DNA of 60,885 bases, filler included, from Sphacelaria rigidula (taxonomy: Eukaryota), in NCBI GenBank assembly GCA_964200075.2. It is 6 parts of 6 records of this genome, joined end to end, with 100 filler letters (N's around TTAATTAATTAA, not from the genome) between each part and the next. Parts side by side here need not be neighbours in the genome. Positions count along the whole stretch, not along the records: positions 40,660 to 50,722 come from CAXNAA020007221.1; positions 50,823 to 60,885 come from CAXNAA020007222.1; 4 more parts are not named here. One strand, 5' to 3'. Every line of letters begins with the position of its first letter. The first letter of the stretch is position 1. The notes beneath the pieces were generated by a model. That model was not told where the DNA came from, ran no database searches, and was given only the letters and a program-made list of their open reading frames with translations. Both the position numbers and the translations under genes were made by a program. Below, piece after piece: positions 48,302 through 59,650 of this stretch.

Positions 48302-49030
48302 CAATCCAATTTACAGTACCCTCGCGGGGACTGTCAGACCAAGCCTTCTGCACTCTCCGACGTGCGTTAAAGTGCAAGCTTCACAACGTCAATACATCAA
48401 CACCCAAATCATCAGTGGAATACATACAAGCTCTGCGCCATCGCGAAGAGAGCTCAAACTTCCGCAGATGATGTGAAAGATGCGCGGCCACATGAGCGCA
48501 GAAAATGAACCTGTTCTCGGGATAGAGTCGCACTGCACGGGTGGACACTTTGCCACACCCTCGGGACGTTTGAAGGAAGAGACCCTATGGTGACCCTCTA
48601 CAAGGTATTGAATCCTCTTACGACTCTTTGGCGACTATCTCTACAATGTACTGCTTGTTGTATGAACCCTGTTGCGAGAGGAAAAATCTACCGATGTGGT
48701 GAACATGATTTTCACGACGGGAGAACAATGCGGAGAACCGGAAAATGATGTCGTCCATAGCAATTCAAGGATAATCAATGGAATAGATAGTCACAAGCTA
48801 CGTACTTGCTTATTCATCTGGGCATCAAAACGATGGACACGAGACGTCAAACAAACCTGGGCATTTCCCCAACATATCTCACACACCCCTTTCCTCAGAC
48901 TCGTAGCCTCCAAGCGCATATTCGATCACAACTCAACTTCGGTGTCCTTTACGCCACACCCTCTACGCACCCTCGACAATCCTCGGCTTCCAGTTTGCTA
49001 GTCCCGTGATGCGTGTACTTTACTCGTAGA

Positions 49031-49405
49031 GCCGATCGCCCCGGTGGCTCAGTTGGTAACCTCGAAACCTTCCGACTGTCAGGCCATGGCTTCAAATCTC
49101 GGTGTAGTCACACGATCTGGGATTTTTTCTCGCACCATGTCGAAGAGTGGGTAGCGGCTATGTCGTAGGTACACAATATTCGACTTCACGGTCGACGAGG
49201 CAAAGGGACCACTTGACCCCTCTCGCGATAAAGAATGAGGCAAGCACCGTAGAAGGACGGTGGAGAACAAGAACGAAATTAACTCAATTATTTATATGTA
49301 TAATCCCGGGTTGGTTTTTCTCCTGTGTGACCCCGGTTGAATCGCCCGCATATACCGGGAGGCTTGGACTGGCGTCTAGAATTGATGGGATGACAACACA
49401 CACAG
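49031..49405 (+). mobile_element. tRNA-derived SINE, near full length (~370 bp)
   Basis: A box TGGCTCAGTTGG, degenerate B box, body shared with 59010-59378 (rc), tail gggatgacaacacacaca. Confidence 0.8.
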
Positions 49406-50364
49406 TGTATTACCCACTTCCAACTATTAGGATATGTAACTTGCCCCTCCGACAATGTCAAGATATCAAACGCGAGTGAACGCAGAATCAAATACAACTT
49501 ACACAACATGTCCAGAGCAATGCTACGGTAGAGAGGGGTTGCGCTCTTTCAGCGAAAACGATATTCGGGGCTGCTCGAGGTTTTGCACGGATCATTTTGA
49601 TAACCGCCATCACTTTTACTTGAGTATAAATACTGATAATGATGCCGATTTACGGAAGGGCCTCTGTGTGCAAACAGCACGTCTCTTGGAGTCCGGTCCT
49701 CGGGGTAAGTAAGCCCCATATATTTGGGCTCTTACAAAAAGAAACCTAGAAACAAGAAGTGTAACCCCTACCAAAGCATTGCTCTCCACCGCAGACCGCA
49801 CAAACCGGTTTGACCCTGCAGTGGGGGGGTCTTTTCTGGCGCGTTGCGTACCGATCGGGACGTTCCCCTGTACATACGTTTTTGGCCGATGGGGCGCGTG
49901 CTTTCGACCCCCGCCGACCGAATCCTACAAAACAATGCTGATACCTGACGTCAACGCCCCATCCCTGCACTGACGCACGGGCGATAGTTTGAGCGCTAAG
50001 GGAAGCGAAACAGAAGAACCCTTATACCACGTCTTCCAACGGTTGTGGGCGGATCGATACTTGCGTGAAACCGACACCAGGAGGTAGGTTCACTTCCCTA
50101 TGCGTTGTTTACACCAAGCGTACAGCCTGGACACGTTCTACGTAACTACGCAGGCTTTGCATCCACCCGCACCACAGATTCCACAGAGAACGCATATGAG
50201 AATCAGCCACATCACGAAGCTCTGTCCTAGAGAAAAGTCCCCCGTACCTGAACAGGAGTATGCGGAGGGGGTATAGAGAGCATAGTGAGATAATGGGTGA
50301 GCACATTTTGAACGATACCAGAGAGTACCAGAGAATGGTATTTTGACAAAAGACAAAGCCAACG

Positions 50365-50434
50365 AGCTCCGTCTTGAAAGGGATGCGTGGTCAATGGTCA
50401 AACGACTAAGGTAAGCAATAAACGAGTTCGCCCC
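50365..50434 (+). mobile_element. 5'-truncated poly(C)-family element, subfamily A (diverged)
   Basis: gctccgtcttgaaagggatgcgtggtcaatggtcaaacgactaaggtaagcaataaacgagttcgcccc. Confidence 0.7.
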
Positions 50435-50618
50435 ACCTCAACAGGCTGACACTTTGCTACACTCTCGAAACACCTTCTGGAGGTAACGACCCTATGGCAA
50501 TCATCTCCAAGGTATAAGACCCCCTTGCGACCCTGTGGCGACCCTGTTTAGACCCTCTACCATGTGCCGCCTTTACGTACCCTGCGGCGAGAGCAAAATG
50601 TTCACCTGTCCCCCCCCA

Positions 50619-50722
50619 CTGGCATGAAATCGTTTGATGCATTAGACAGTAGGAAGAAAACGATGGCTATACTAGGAGATAGATGGTGGCCAGAGACGGC
50701 GAAACAGAACGGGGATAAGATA
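50619..50722 (+). mobile_element. Probable LINE ORF2 C-terminal fragment (runs off contig end)
   Basis: GMKSFDALDSRKKTMAILGDRWWPETAKQNGDKI begins right after a C8 run, as expected for a 5'-truncated insertion of the poly(C) family. Family link is inferred. Confidence 0.5.
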
Positions 50723-50822
50723 NNNNNNNNNNNNNNNNNNNNNNNNNNNNNNNNNNNNNNNNNNNNTTAATTAATTAANNNNNNNNNNNNNNNNNNNNNN
50801 NNNNNNNNNNNNNNNNNNNNNN
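50723..50822. other. Artificial contig spacer
   Basis: Same N44-TTAATTAATTAA-N44 structure. Confidence 0.98.
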
Positions 50823-51875
50823 AGAATCGTTAGGAGCCCCTGAACCAGACAAAATTTCGCGAAAAAAGTGCACCCCTACCGTAGCATTGCTCATATAACA
50901 TGTGTCAGAGGTTCACCATCGGATGTCAACTGAAGATGGTGAATTGGCCAACTGAAGAGAGATGTTCAGCTAAAGCATAGGAGCTTCCGGTGAAGGTCAG
51001 CTAAGCGGTATTCAAGGAGGGAGTCTTACTCCCAAGGAGTTGATTTCACGCCAATCTTGGAGTGGTGTTTATTTCTTTCAGCGCGTGATAGTTTTGGTAC
51101 CTACGCATCAAGTATGTGTTGTTGCAGAGCGAAATACAAAAAGGGGCAGACATAGCTACAGGGAACGCGGCAACCCAGGCGAATACCGCGAAAGATATCA
51201 AGACCTGACGAATATGAGGTAATTTGCCTGTTCGACTAATAGTAGTACGTCCCATCAAATCATCTGTGCTGGTTCCTCTTGTCAACGAGTCACCAAACGC
51301 TGAATACTTGAGTGTATGTCGCGAGTTGTTGTAGGCAAGACGACAGCGGAAACAGACATGGGATGGCTACCGTCGTAATGATGAGCTGGCTGCCTTGTCG
51401 ATAGCTGTAACCTGCACTGAGGCCGTTTCAGAAGACAAGATATTATCAAAATGCGTACACAAACCGATGTGCGCGATAGGCTGCAGTATACCTTAGTAGT
51501 AGTTATTCCGTTCGCATGTACTGTAGGGTCTTCTTTTGCCCTCGTTCTGGATGCGCGTACCCTATTATGACAGAACAAGACGTGGATCTCGTGGGCTCGG
51601 AATCTGCAAAAGAAGGAAAAGAACTGATCGCCTGTGAAAAACAGCGTCAGATACAAGTATCAATGAATAATAGCCATCATCTTCAGAGGGTTACAACAAG
51701 ATGCATATAGTTTAAAACTTGGTAGTGCCAGTCAGTCTGAAAGGAACTCATATGAAGTCTGTGGAACAGCAGCACGCTAAGAAGGATGGCGAAGATGAAG
51801 ACTGAAAAAATTAAAATTGGCTCGTGGTGGATAATTAGGGGATCTTCTTTTTTTCCCTGTTGGAACCGTACATGG

Positions 51876-52149
51876 ATGGCCATTCTGTCAACAGCTATGA
51901 ATTTCGTACAGCCACGGCTTGGTGTCTTACTCTTGCTTGCAGCAACGACTTTGCTCGACGAGTATCTTGTCCCAGCAATACCCGCTTCGCCTAGTCCAGC
52001 GAAAGATCCGAACTCAACCGCTCAAAGCCAGGGAGAAATGGCGGTACGAGTGGCCTGGGCAGGATCTACTCGGGCCGACACGTCATATCCTCTCACACAC
52101 GTACATTTTTGCCGAGGCTGCCCTGACCCTAGTTCGGAAGGTTCCCTCG
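51876..52149 (+). CDS. PA-domain protein, exon 1 (signal-peptide-like N-terminus; start could be 51876 or 51897)
   Basis: MAILSTAMNFVQPRLGVLLLLAATTLL...PLTHVHFCRGCPDPSSEGSL, strong donor G|GTAAGT, phase 1. Confidence 0.6.
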
Positions 52150-53504
52150 GTAAGTGAAAGGATGATAGTTCACCGATGCCTGGGAACATGGAGGGGTTCA
52201 ATCTACTGCTGCTGCTGTACATCGTCCGTCGACGAATATAGGCTTTGCCTGGGGATCCTCAATACGAATTCCTCCCAGCATACTTTATCATGTGCGCGAA
52301 GAATGAGGTATATCAGTAATGATAGTATGCCACATAAAACGCGGTATCCTGAGAAAAGTCGAGAGGATTTTTTTATGGGAACGAACTGAGGTCGAAGCTG
52401 TACGAATGTCCCCGTCAAACTTGCCTTTGAACCCTTCACAGTTCCGACCTCACAGCTCGTTCCCATAGCAAAATCTCGTTCACATTTTTCAGGATCTCGT
52501 GTTCCACAGAAAGCGATAGAGTCATGAGAAGTTCTCCACGATCTTTCATGGCAGAGAAACACAGAAATCTCGGGAGTCGGAAATATCCCCTGCAAACCAC
52601 ATACGTTGCGCTTTGGAGTCCACCGTCCGTTGGATGTGCAGTGTCGTTGGATAGCCACAAGGTCCCCCACGACTTCGGCACCACTAGGCGAAGTGTATTC
52701 GAAAATTCACTGGATATTTCTGTAAAATTGGGGGGGAAGGTACTGCGAGCTAAGGGTTTGACCGCATAAAGTCCGGTAGAGAGCATGCAGATGTTTACGA
52801 AGCGCCTGGACAGCAAAGATAGATGTTGGAAAAAATCACATCAAGCGTATATACGAGACGGATACTCGTACTATCTCCGTTTATCGCTGCCGGGAGGAAT
52901 GACCCCAACGAACTGCCGAAGCGTTTTATCGCTTGCGGCTAATTTTATAGGTAGAACCGCTGTAATCTACTTGCAAAGTCATAGGATAACCACTCTGTTG
53001 TTGTGGTCTGCAGCAACAACAACAGCAGCGGCAGCAGTTTGTGCCCTGCGAGTGTGCACGACGCAATGCGCCACATCTCACGATTGCCAGCCACACATTT
53101 TACTGCGAAGTACTCACTCGCCGTGGGGTGGTGCCAAGGTCGTGCTCTTGTCCTTCTGCGAGTCGAAGTAGTGTGCATCGCTCGCATATCACCAAGTCTA
53201 GTACACTGTGCTTTTTGGCAGGTGCATGTTAGTGTCCGTTCCTTGTCGCGTGCCCTGTCGGTGTGCCTGGTGCGAATGCTCGTCCACCAGTGTCAGGTTT
53301 GGCGCCATATCATGGTCTTCGAGATTTCAGGATCATGGGAGGTGAGGATGTTCACTTGTACTCATCAGAGAAACACCACTGCATACATAGTGTGGACCCA
53401 CTCCACACACCCGTAGTACAGCCGTACCGACTATCGACGTTCGAGGTCTGTGACAACCTGTTGGTGTTTGCTTGAAATTGGCATACGTACACACATACGG
53501 TTTC

Positions 53505-53600
53505 TACCGCCACACCCCGATGGTAAAACTGGCACAACTGAAACCTGTTATGGCCGGAGATTGAGGGTTCAAATCCCGATCGATGGGTGTTTATTTTTCT
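53505..53600 (+). mobile_element. Degenerate tRNA-like SINE head (different family)
   Basis: A-box-like TGGTAAAACTGG and B box GGGTTCAAATCCC; no full cloverleaf. Confidence 0.35.
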
Positions 53601-53745
53601 CCAGTGTCTGATATAGGTCGTTGAAAAGGTGAGGACGCGAGTAGCAATAGAACTTTGTCTGACTAGAGTCAGTGCAGTGCGGAATGCTGATCCACTCTGC
53701 TATACGGAGCATGTAAGGTGTGTGCCGGTGAAGAGATGAAAATAG

Positions 53746-53747
<2 letters not shown>

Positions 53748-53807
<60 letters not shown>

Positions 53808-53829
53808 ATACAAACACACACACATACAC

Positions 53830-53887
<58 letters not shown>

Positions 53888-53893
53888 GCACGC
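53748..53893. repeat. Compound (CT)n(CA)n microsatellite
   Basis: CT run followed by a long interrupted CA run. Confidence 0.97.
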
Positions 53894-54017
53894 AAGTGTT
53901 AGTCTCGAAATGTATACGCCACAAGAAATACACCTCAATAATTAAACGTGCTCAAACTCTGGAGTACTTATTTTTCAGCCTGCCCGTTGTCAATGCTGGA
54001 GGTGATTTCGGAGACTT

Positions 54018-54230
54018 TCCGGTAGATTATCCGTATTCTCTGCAGTGGAGAGTGGGGGAGCAACAGCGGTTTCACAGTATCAGGGTTTGGGCCCTCTCAC
54101 TTGCTACATCAGTTCCCCATTTCCGGTGGGTTATCCGTATTCTCTGCGTTGGAAAGTGGAAGAGCAACAGCGGTTTTACAGTATCAGGGATTGGGCCCCC
54201 TCACTTGCTATAATGTCAGTTTCCCATTTT
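54018..54230. repeat. Tandem duplication, ~103-bp unit x2 (intronic)
   Basis: ttccggt..ttatccgtattctctgc..tgga.agtgg..gagcaacagcggttt.acagtatcaggg.ttgggccc.ctcacttgcta at 54018 and 54121. Confidence 0.85.
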
Positions 54231-54547
54231 TGCTTTCACTTTCCCATCTCTGTCAAAAGAAGCAACTCAGGTGTAAAAAATTACACGATCCCCCCCAAAG
54301 AACAGACAGCAGTAACACCTATACAGTGCAGTGCAGTCGCGATGTGCGCCGCATCGGGATTATGCGTGCGCCGAAAAGCATGAGGCAAGCAGCAGCACTG
54401 AATTTCGGGGATGAGCATTCTCCACCTCCTTGTTAAGGATGCATCCATCCACTTCAAAAGTGCTTGGAAATTCGGTAGCCCGTTCGGTGCTTCATTGGCC
54501 TCCGAAATGCTTAGTATCATCCACGATTACATCCGTGTTGATATCAG

Positions 54548-54702
54548 ATTCGGTGCACCCCATGGTCCTACCCGACGGTTATGGCTGATACGTTTGCCGT
54601 CGGAGAGCAGACATGGTATACGCAGTGCCGAACGATTGCCGATCAGAGCTACTCAATGCAGAGGACGTTCCTGGTCGGATTTTGCTAGTCAACAGGGGCG
54701 AG
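54548..54702 (+). CDS. PA-domain protein, exon 2 (in-frame TGA at 54586-54588)
   Basis: CAG| acceptor, GAG|GTGCGT donor. (D)SVHPMVLPDGYG*YVCRRRADMVYAVPNDCRSELLNAEDVPGRILLVNRGE. The 3' half matches the PA consensus (LVYA.P..C...G.I.LV.RG). Confidence 0.7.
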
Positions 54703-54963
54703 GTGCGTGAGCTACTTTGGAGTAGCAGGCTCACAAACACGAGTATGTTCAACAAGACTCACGTTAGTCCTTCTCTAGATAAAGTCATGAAGTCGGGTGT
54801 TGTTGTTTTTTCCTTGGATGGTGTGTACACTTTTCATCCTCCATGATGAAGCATCTCTGTGACGCCGAACAACGTGACTGGGCCAGAAATGGTTTGGACT
54901 TCCTCTTCCTCGCAATATCCTGTTTGAGGACCAACGCCTCGGCTGACTCACTATATATAGCAG

Positions 54964-55257
54964 GTGCCCATCGTACAGAAGGTGCTTATGGCGCAGGCGA
55001 CCGGCGCAAACGGGATCGTGGTGGTAGATCTTGAGGTAGACAAAGGGGGTTGTGAGGACGGCTTTGCGTATTGTGGGAGACTGGGCGGTGCACGGGACGG
55101 GGGCTTTGCAAAGCGCGACGGAGGACATGCCTGGATAGCCGTGAAAATTCCCGCTGTGCTAATTTCGGCTGCACAAGGAGAGCGATTGAGGGGCATGATG
55201 CCGCGATTGCAGAGGATGGTTGTTGAGGGATACGGCGAGCAGTTTGTTGAGCGATGA
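54964..55257 (+). CDS. PA (protease-associated) domain protein, terminal exon
   Basis: CAG| acceptor, phase 0. VPIVQKVLMAQATGANGIVVVD...VKIPAVLISAAQGERLR matches PA motifs K...AQ..GA..VVV.D and IP.V.IS...G..L. Ends in TGA. Confidence 0.85.
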   Translation: MPIVQKVLMAQATGANGIVVVDLEVDKGGCEDGFAYCGRLGGARDGGFAKRDGGHAWIAVKIPAVLISAAQGERLRGMMPRLQRMVVEGYGEQFVER

Positions 55258-55601
55258 AGGCTGGTGCTTGTGCCAAATCGTCAACGCATATCGTGAGCAA
55301 GAAAAACTTACGCTGCTTGCGCGTATCCTCCCGAACAATACAGACGCTCCTCGTGTAAACATGTCGGTTGAAGTCGATATCGTCAAACTTGTCCGTCCGA
55401 TGAAAGAGTAACTGATTCGATCTTGCCACAGAGGGATGAGGTGAATGCCATCAACCGCCAATAATTATCATACGTCGAATCCTCCTTCATACTCAGTTGA
55501 AGGGATAAGATCAGCAAGTGAAGAGTCACCGAATCAGGATTGCCAGTGCAGGCTGTTGCCCTCTTTGGTGAGGAGATTCAACCTGCAAGATGGTTTTTAT
55601 A

Positions 55602-55801
55602 TCACAGGTTATGGTGGAAATCGTAGGCCTTGTCGGGCTGCTGCCAGCCAAGGATAGCTGGGTTCACAAGCTCGGGTTTCGTTTTAGGTTTAGTAAACCT
55701 CTGATGTAAGTAAAGGCGCAATGATGCAGCGAAACCCACCATTGTTTCTTTTTCCCTACCTTCCGTTTGCTCCACGTGCAAACGATCGCCCATCACCTCA
55801 T
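55602..55801 (-). CDS. SPATA17: Possible terminal exon of the SPATA17 homologue
   Basis: TAG| acceptor with phase 1 matching a donor at 55944, open to a stop at 55602. Alternatively the previous exon reads through to a stop at 55915. Confidence 0.3.
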
Positions 55802-55943
55802 CTACACGCGTCTCCGTTCTTTGACAGCGACCATATTTCACAGAATAAGCAACAATAACGCAACTATGTATTGTATCGCCAATATCCGAACGGCAATCTT
55901 GTCACATGCTAGGGCTATACCGTCCCTGCCAAATGTTGTTTAC

Positions 55944-56041
55944 CTCCTGGAGGTAATTCTCTCGGAGGCGACGGCGGGAAAAACAAAGTAGCACCGGGAA
56001 CAATCTCGTCTGCCGCGTCGCATGTGTCGGGGACCCCATAC
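55944..56041 (-). CDS. SPATA17: SPATA17 homologue exon
   Basis: CAG| acceptor, phase 2. (R)YGVPDTCDAADEIVPGATLFFPPSPPRELPPG. Donor G|GTAAAC, or read-through to a stop at 55915. Confidence 0.62.
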
Positions 56042-56383
56042 CTGCGTGCATTTGTGATACGCCAAACGGAAGATCGGTGGTGTTGGCGACCGTACATGTG
56101 CAGCAGGGACTAATTGGCGATCTGATCGTGCTCGTACGATGCATGACACCTGTCTACGTCGACCCATCACTGTGTCGCAGCACAGCGTGTGTAAACCATA
56201 CGCAGGTTCTCACACACGGAGTAGGCAAAAATCGTAAAATCATAGCGAACATCGACGAACGAGCAGGCAATGGTGCGTCGCACTTGATCGCTTCGCCGCC
56301 TCCTGCACCTCATCCACACAAAACTGATTCTACTCAAGCAACTCAGCGCGCGCCCTCTGAAGGGGACTAGTTATAGTACTCAC

Positions 56384-56532
56384 CGCCGCGATCTTCCGTT
56401 GTGTGTTCGAATGACACCTCCCGTCTGCTCTGCTTCCAAAATGACATCGAAAATCCCGTTGGGCAACACGGTTGACTTGTTCCCTCCCACAGAAACGTAA
56501 AACGGTTTTTCCGGGTATTTCCCCAGTGTTGT
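56384..56532 (-). CDS. SPATA17: SPATA17 homologue exon
   Basis: CAG|...CG|GTGAGT, 149 bp, phase 0/2. TTLGKYPEKPFYVSVGGNKSTVLPNGIFDVILEAEQTGGVIRTHNGRSR(R). Confidence 0.75.
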
Positions 56533-57132
56533 CTGCGACGTGACACATGTAAGCATTCATCCACATAATGTTGTAACCTACACCGGTAAATGAAATACAT
56601 CGAGAGCGATAACTCCGAGGGGAAAAATTGAAGCACGGTAAAAACTAGTCGGGAAAGTCGTGGGCTCAAGTAATGTAGTTCTTGTAGGTTGTGCCGTGCT
56701 AGGCGCCAAAATCTCAGATCTTGACACGACCCTTGCCATGACACCGTGTGGTCTAATATCATAGCGAATGCGAAAGTATGTCCATTTCAACCTTTCAGTG
56801 GACCCTGTTGCTTACGCGACAGAGTAAGTGGAATTTTGCTATCTTGAGCTAGTAGAGGGGTGTATTCAACGCAGATATCCCCAACATTCCGCGAGGTGGG
56901 GTGGTTCAACCTGCTTCATTTTCAGATTGCGCGTGTGTAATGTACTGACTGTTGCTACGCGCAAGCGAATTGTGCTGGTTATTGCGCAGACGCAAACGAC
57001 AGTATCGTACTCGCTGGTTGCACGGTGAGGGTTGCTGCACATGGTCCTCTCTATTTGGCTCCTGGGTAACGACTAGCGCTATGCTCAGCGCGATTCTCTC
57101 CTATAGCTACAGCAGAACCCCGTCTAACACAC

Positions 57133-57291
57133 CTGACTGAGTGGAAGGTTCATCTCCGCTCCTTCCTTTGGCACTCCCCTGATGAGATATGGATTTCGCC
57201 AAGGATCCATGAACTCTGTACCCTCGCTGATTCCGCGCCTGTACGCTGCCAGCGGGACGCGAGTTCCGGCGTGAAATTCTCGGGGTCCGAT
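57133..57291 (-). CDS. SPATA17: SPATA17 homologue exon
   Basis: CAG|...CAG|GTGTGT, 159 bp, phase 0/0. IGPREFHAGTRVPLAAYRRGISEGTEFMDPWRNPYLIRGVPKEGAEMNLPLSQ. Confidence 0.78.
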
Positions 57292-57758
57292 CTGCTCACA
57301 AAAGCATTGAGAAGGTCGTAGCCGGTACGGTTGCATATGAGGAATGCCTTGGACTACGGTGGGGAGGGCGCCTCGCAGTAGTGTTTTTGAAAATTTGTGC
57401 GAGCGGCACAGGCACAAGGGTGCGAATGGACGGCGAGACGATTCCAGCCATAGTAGGGGCACGTTGCTTATAGCATAAACTCCTGTTTTTATGGTGATTG
57501 GGAGCCATCGAAACGCGAGACAAGTGCGTCGAGCTATCTGTCACTTCCTAATTCTAGTCACTGGTTTGACCGTTTCATCTCCTGTACGTCTGTGACCACG
57601 GGTTCGAGAGATCGTATTAGTGTGCGGAAATAATAACCCCTCATCACTCCTTAGGTTACGTGCGCGACAAAGAAAAATCATTTCCTAAGCACCCTTGATA
57701 CACCAAGTGCCTTTGCAGAGAGGGTGTGTGAAACAACTGCATACAGGAGAGCACCCAC

Positions 57759-57921
57759 CCGCTTGAGTCTTGATATAGTCTGCTCCAATGCTGCTCCTTC
57801 GCCTGATACATCGTACGGGTCTTGAGCCTGGACCGAACGGCGATTTGCCCTCCCTTTCAACGGCACCCTTAACTGTCCATTCAGATCTTTTTCTAGACCT
57901 CGCTTGATATAGCTTCGTGTG
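57759..57921 (-). CDS. SPATA17: SPATA17 homologue exon
   Basis: CAG|...CGG|GTGGGT, 163 bp, phase 2/0. (R)TRSYIKRGLEKDLNGQLRVPLKGRANRRSVQAQDPYDVSGEGAALEQTISRLKR. Confidence 0.78.
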
Positions 57922-58568
57922 CTGCAGAGTATAATTTTCGATCGGTCACGCAGGAGAAGGGCACGCCTAAATACGTTATACTGTAAGTCTATTTCTCTGT
58001 CCTCTCGTGTCCGAGTTCAGATCATATACGCTCGGGCGCCGTCGGAGCCATCGGCCGCTACTATTCTCAAGGCGTTTAAGCGTTAGTACGAAGAGAGTGG
58101 GTGTCTGTTTGTCCGTCGATCCATGTATATCTTCCCGAGTTATTATGTGTATGCGCGTATCATCTGAGTGCGCCTGCTTTTAGAAACTACATACGGTTGG
58201 GGGTGCAATTTTTTGTCTAAAGTGATATCGCGAGGTGGCAACATCTGTTCTAGGCTACCCGTACCGTCAGACGCGTGCCTTTCGTCGGCGAGCGCCTTCA
58301 CGATATTAACGCTGGCAGCGTTTAAATAGTCGCATGTGTTTATCTATAGCAGTGGTAACTGCATCTCGACCGCACGCGTACGGGGGTGCTTGGCGTCGTC
58401 TTTTCATCGAAGATACATCGCTTTTGTACGTCTGTAAAACCCGTGCATTGGAAACACACAGGGGTACGAGTACCCGCTGCTTGCCCTTCCTAAGATCGTC
58501 AAGAGCAACCGCCTATTGTCACGGGACTAGAATGACGCATACGATCACTACTTGATCGGTCGGCTTAC

Positions 58569-58720
58569 CGTAGGAGATCCTTGGCGCTGATTGTAAGGTG
58601 CTGTTCCACCTCTACCCCTCGGATTGTCGGCAATCGACCGGCGTCCCTCATGTAAGGCGAGTTGAACACCCCCGTGATGCTCTTGGTGCTCACCAGGTGG
58701 TGCAAGTTCTCCGCAATGTG
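58569..58720 (-). CDS. SPATA17: SPATA17 (IQ-motif flagellar/ciliary protein) homologue exon carrying the family motif
   Basis: CAG|...CG|GTAAGC, 152 bp, phase 0/2. HIAENLHHLVSTKSITGVFNSPY corresponds to human SPATA17 ARKMHYLLSTKQIPGIYNSPF (recalled sequence). Confidence 0.85.
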
Positions 58721-59009
58721 CTGTATGTCGACAGTGCGGTCGATGAGTCAAGTGCGCACGCGGAAAGGGAGGAGAATGGTACCAAACGTGTCGTGCAGGA
58801 AAATTCATTAGTGCGATGTTGAACACGGAAATTTGAACTTCATTCGGTGAATATTTACACAAATTCCTGAAATACTACAGGAGAAGGGGCGAAAAGAAAG
58901 GAGAGTCAGCCAGTGGCTGTTCTTCCCTGTGAGGGAACAGCGAGAAATTGGACCGATGCAGACATTACCCTACACGCTTGCCGTGTAAATCGAGATTGTC
59001 CAAGACTGT

Positions 59010-59378
59010 GTGTATTGTGTGTTGTCATCCCGTCTATTTTGGACGCCATTCTACACCATTCGGTTTATGTGGGTGCATCAGTCGAGGTCACACAGAAGGG
59101 ATGTCAACACAGGAGGTTTTATTTTTCCTTTTGTTTTAGCACTCTACCTTCCTTTTGCGGTGCTGGCCTTACTCTTTATCGCGAGAGGGGTTCAGCGGCC
59201 CCTTTCCCTCGTCGACCGTAAAGTCGATTTTTGGTGCACCTACGACATAGTCGCTCTTCACTGTTGGGCATGATGTAAGAAAAAATCCCAGGTTGTATGA
59301 CCTCACCGAGATTCGAACCCACGTCTCAACCATCAGAACGTTTCGAGGTTACCAACTGAGCAACCGGGACCATCGGCC
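59010..59378 (-). mobile_element. tRNA-derived SINE, near full length, intronic
   Basis: Reverse complement has A box TTGCTCAGTTGG, B box GGGTTCGAATCTC, and body and tail matching 49031-49405. Confidence 0.82.
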
Positions 59379-59542
59379 AAGACCATAACGAATAATGTCC
59401 GGATTACGAAAACCTCCGGAGAACGCAAAAACGGCGGGTCTTGCGTAATCATGGTCCCGAGACATCAAAATAGGACGATGTAAACATAACAAGTTCGCGT
59501 CAAATATCGTTTACATGTCGTTGCCCAGTTCCTCCGTTTTAC

Positions 59543-59650
59543 CTGGAGTTTGGCCTGATCGGCCTCTTCTTTTTTAGCAGCTTCATCCTCCAGCAGCGTC
59601 CGCTCGTGCCGTCGTAGCTGTGCCCGTACGGCATCCCCAGCGTCCACCAC
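59543..59650 (-). CDS. SPATA17: SPATA17 homologue, first visible exon (IQ-motif exons not on this contig)
   Basis: CAG|...CAG|GTAAAA, 108 bp, phase 0/0. VVDAGDAVRAQLRRHERTLLEDEAAKKEEADQAKLQ aligns to SPATA17 VVSETNDAIRKALEEF...EKKRDYQ. Confidence 0.82.

Noticed and set aside
52405-52768. MITE with GTCAAAC/GTTTGAC ends
   Set aside because: The inverted match is only ~7 bp with no clear TSD.
55430-55490. SECIS candidate (ATGAG...AA...CGAA) downstream of the PA gene
   Set aside because: Helix II is only ~7 weak pairs and the apical AA is poorly placed; not convincing without SECISearch.
57880-57900. Frameshift in the SPATA17 exon at an A-run
   Set aside because: Recounting gives five A's on the coding strand (GAA AAA GAT); the 163-bp exon is in frame.
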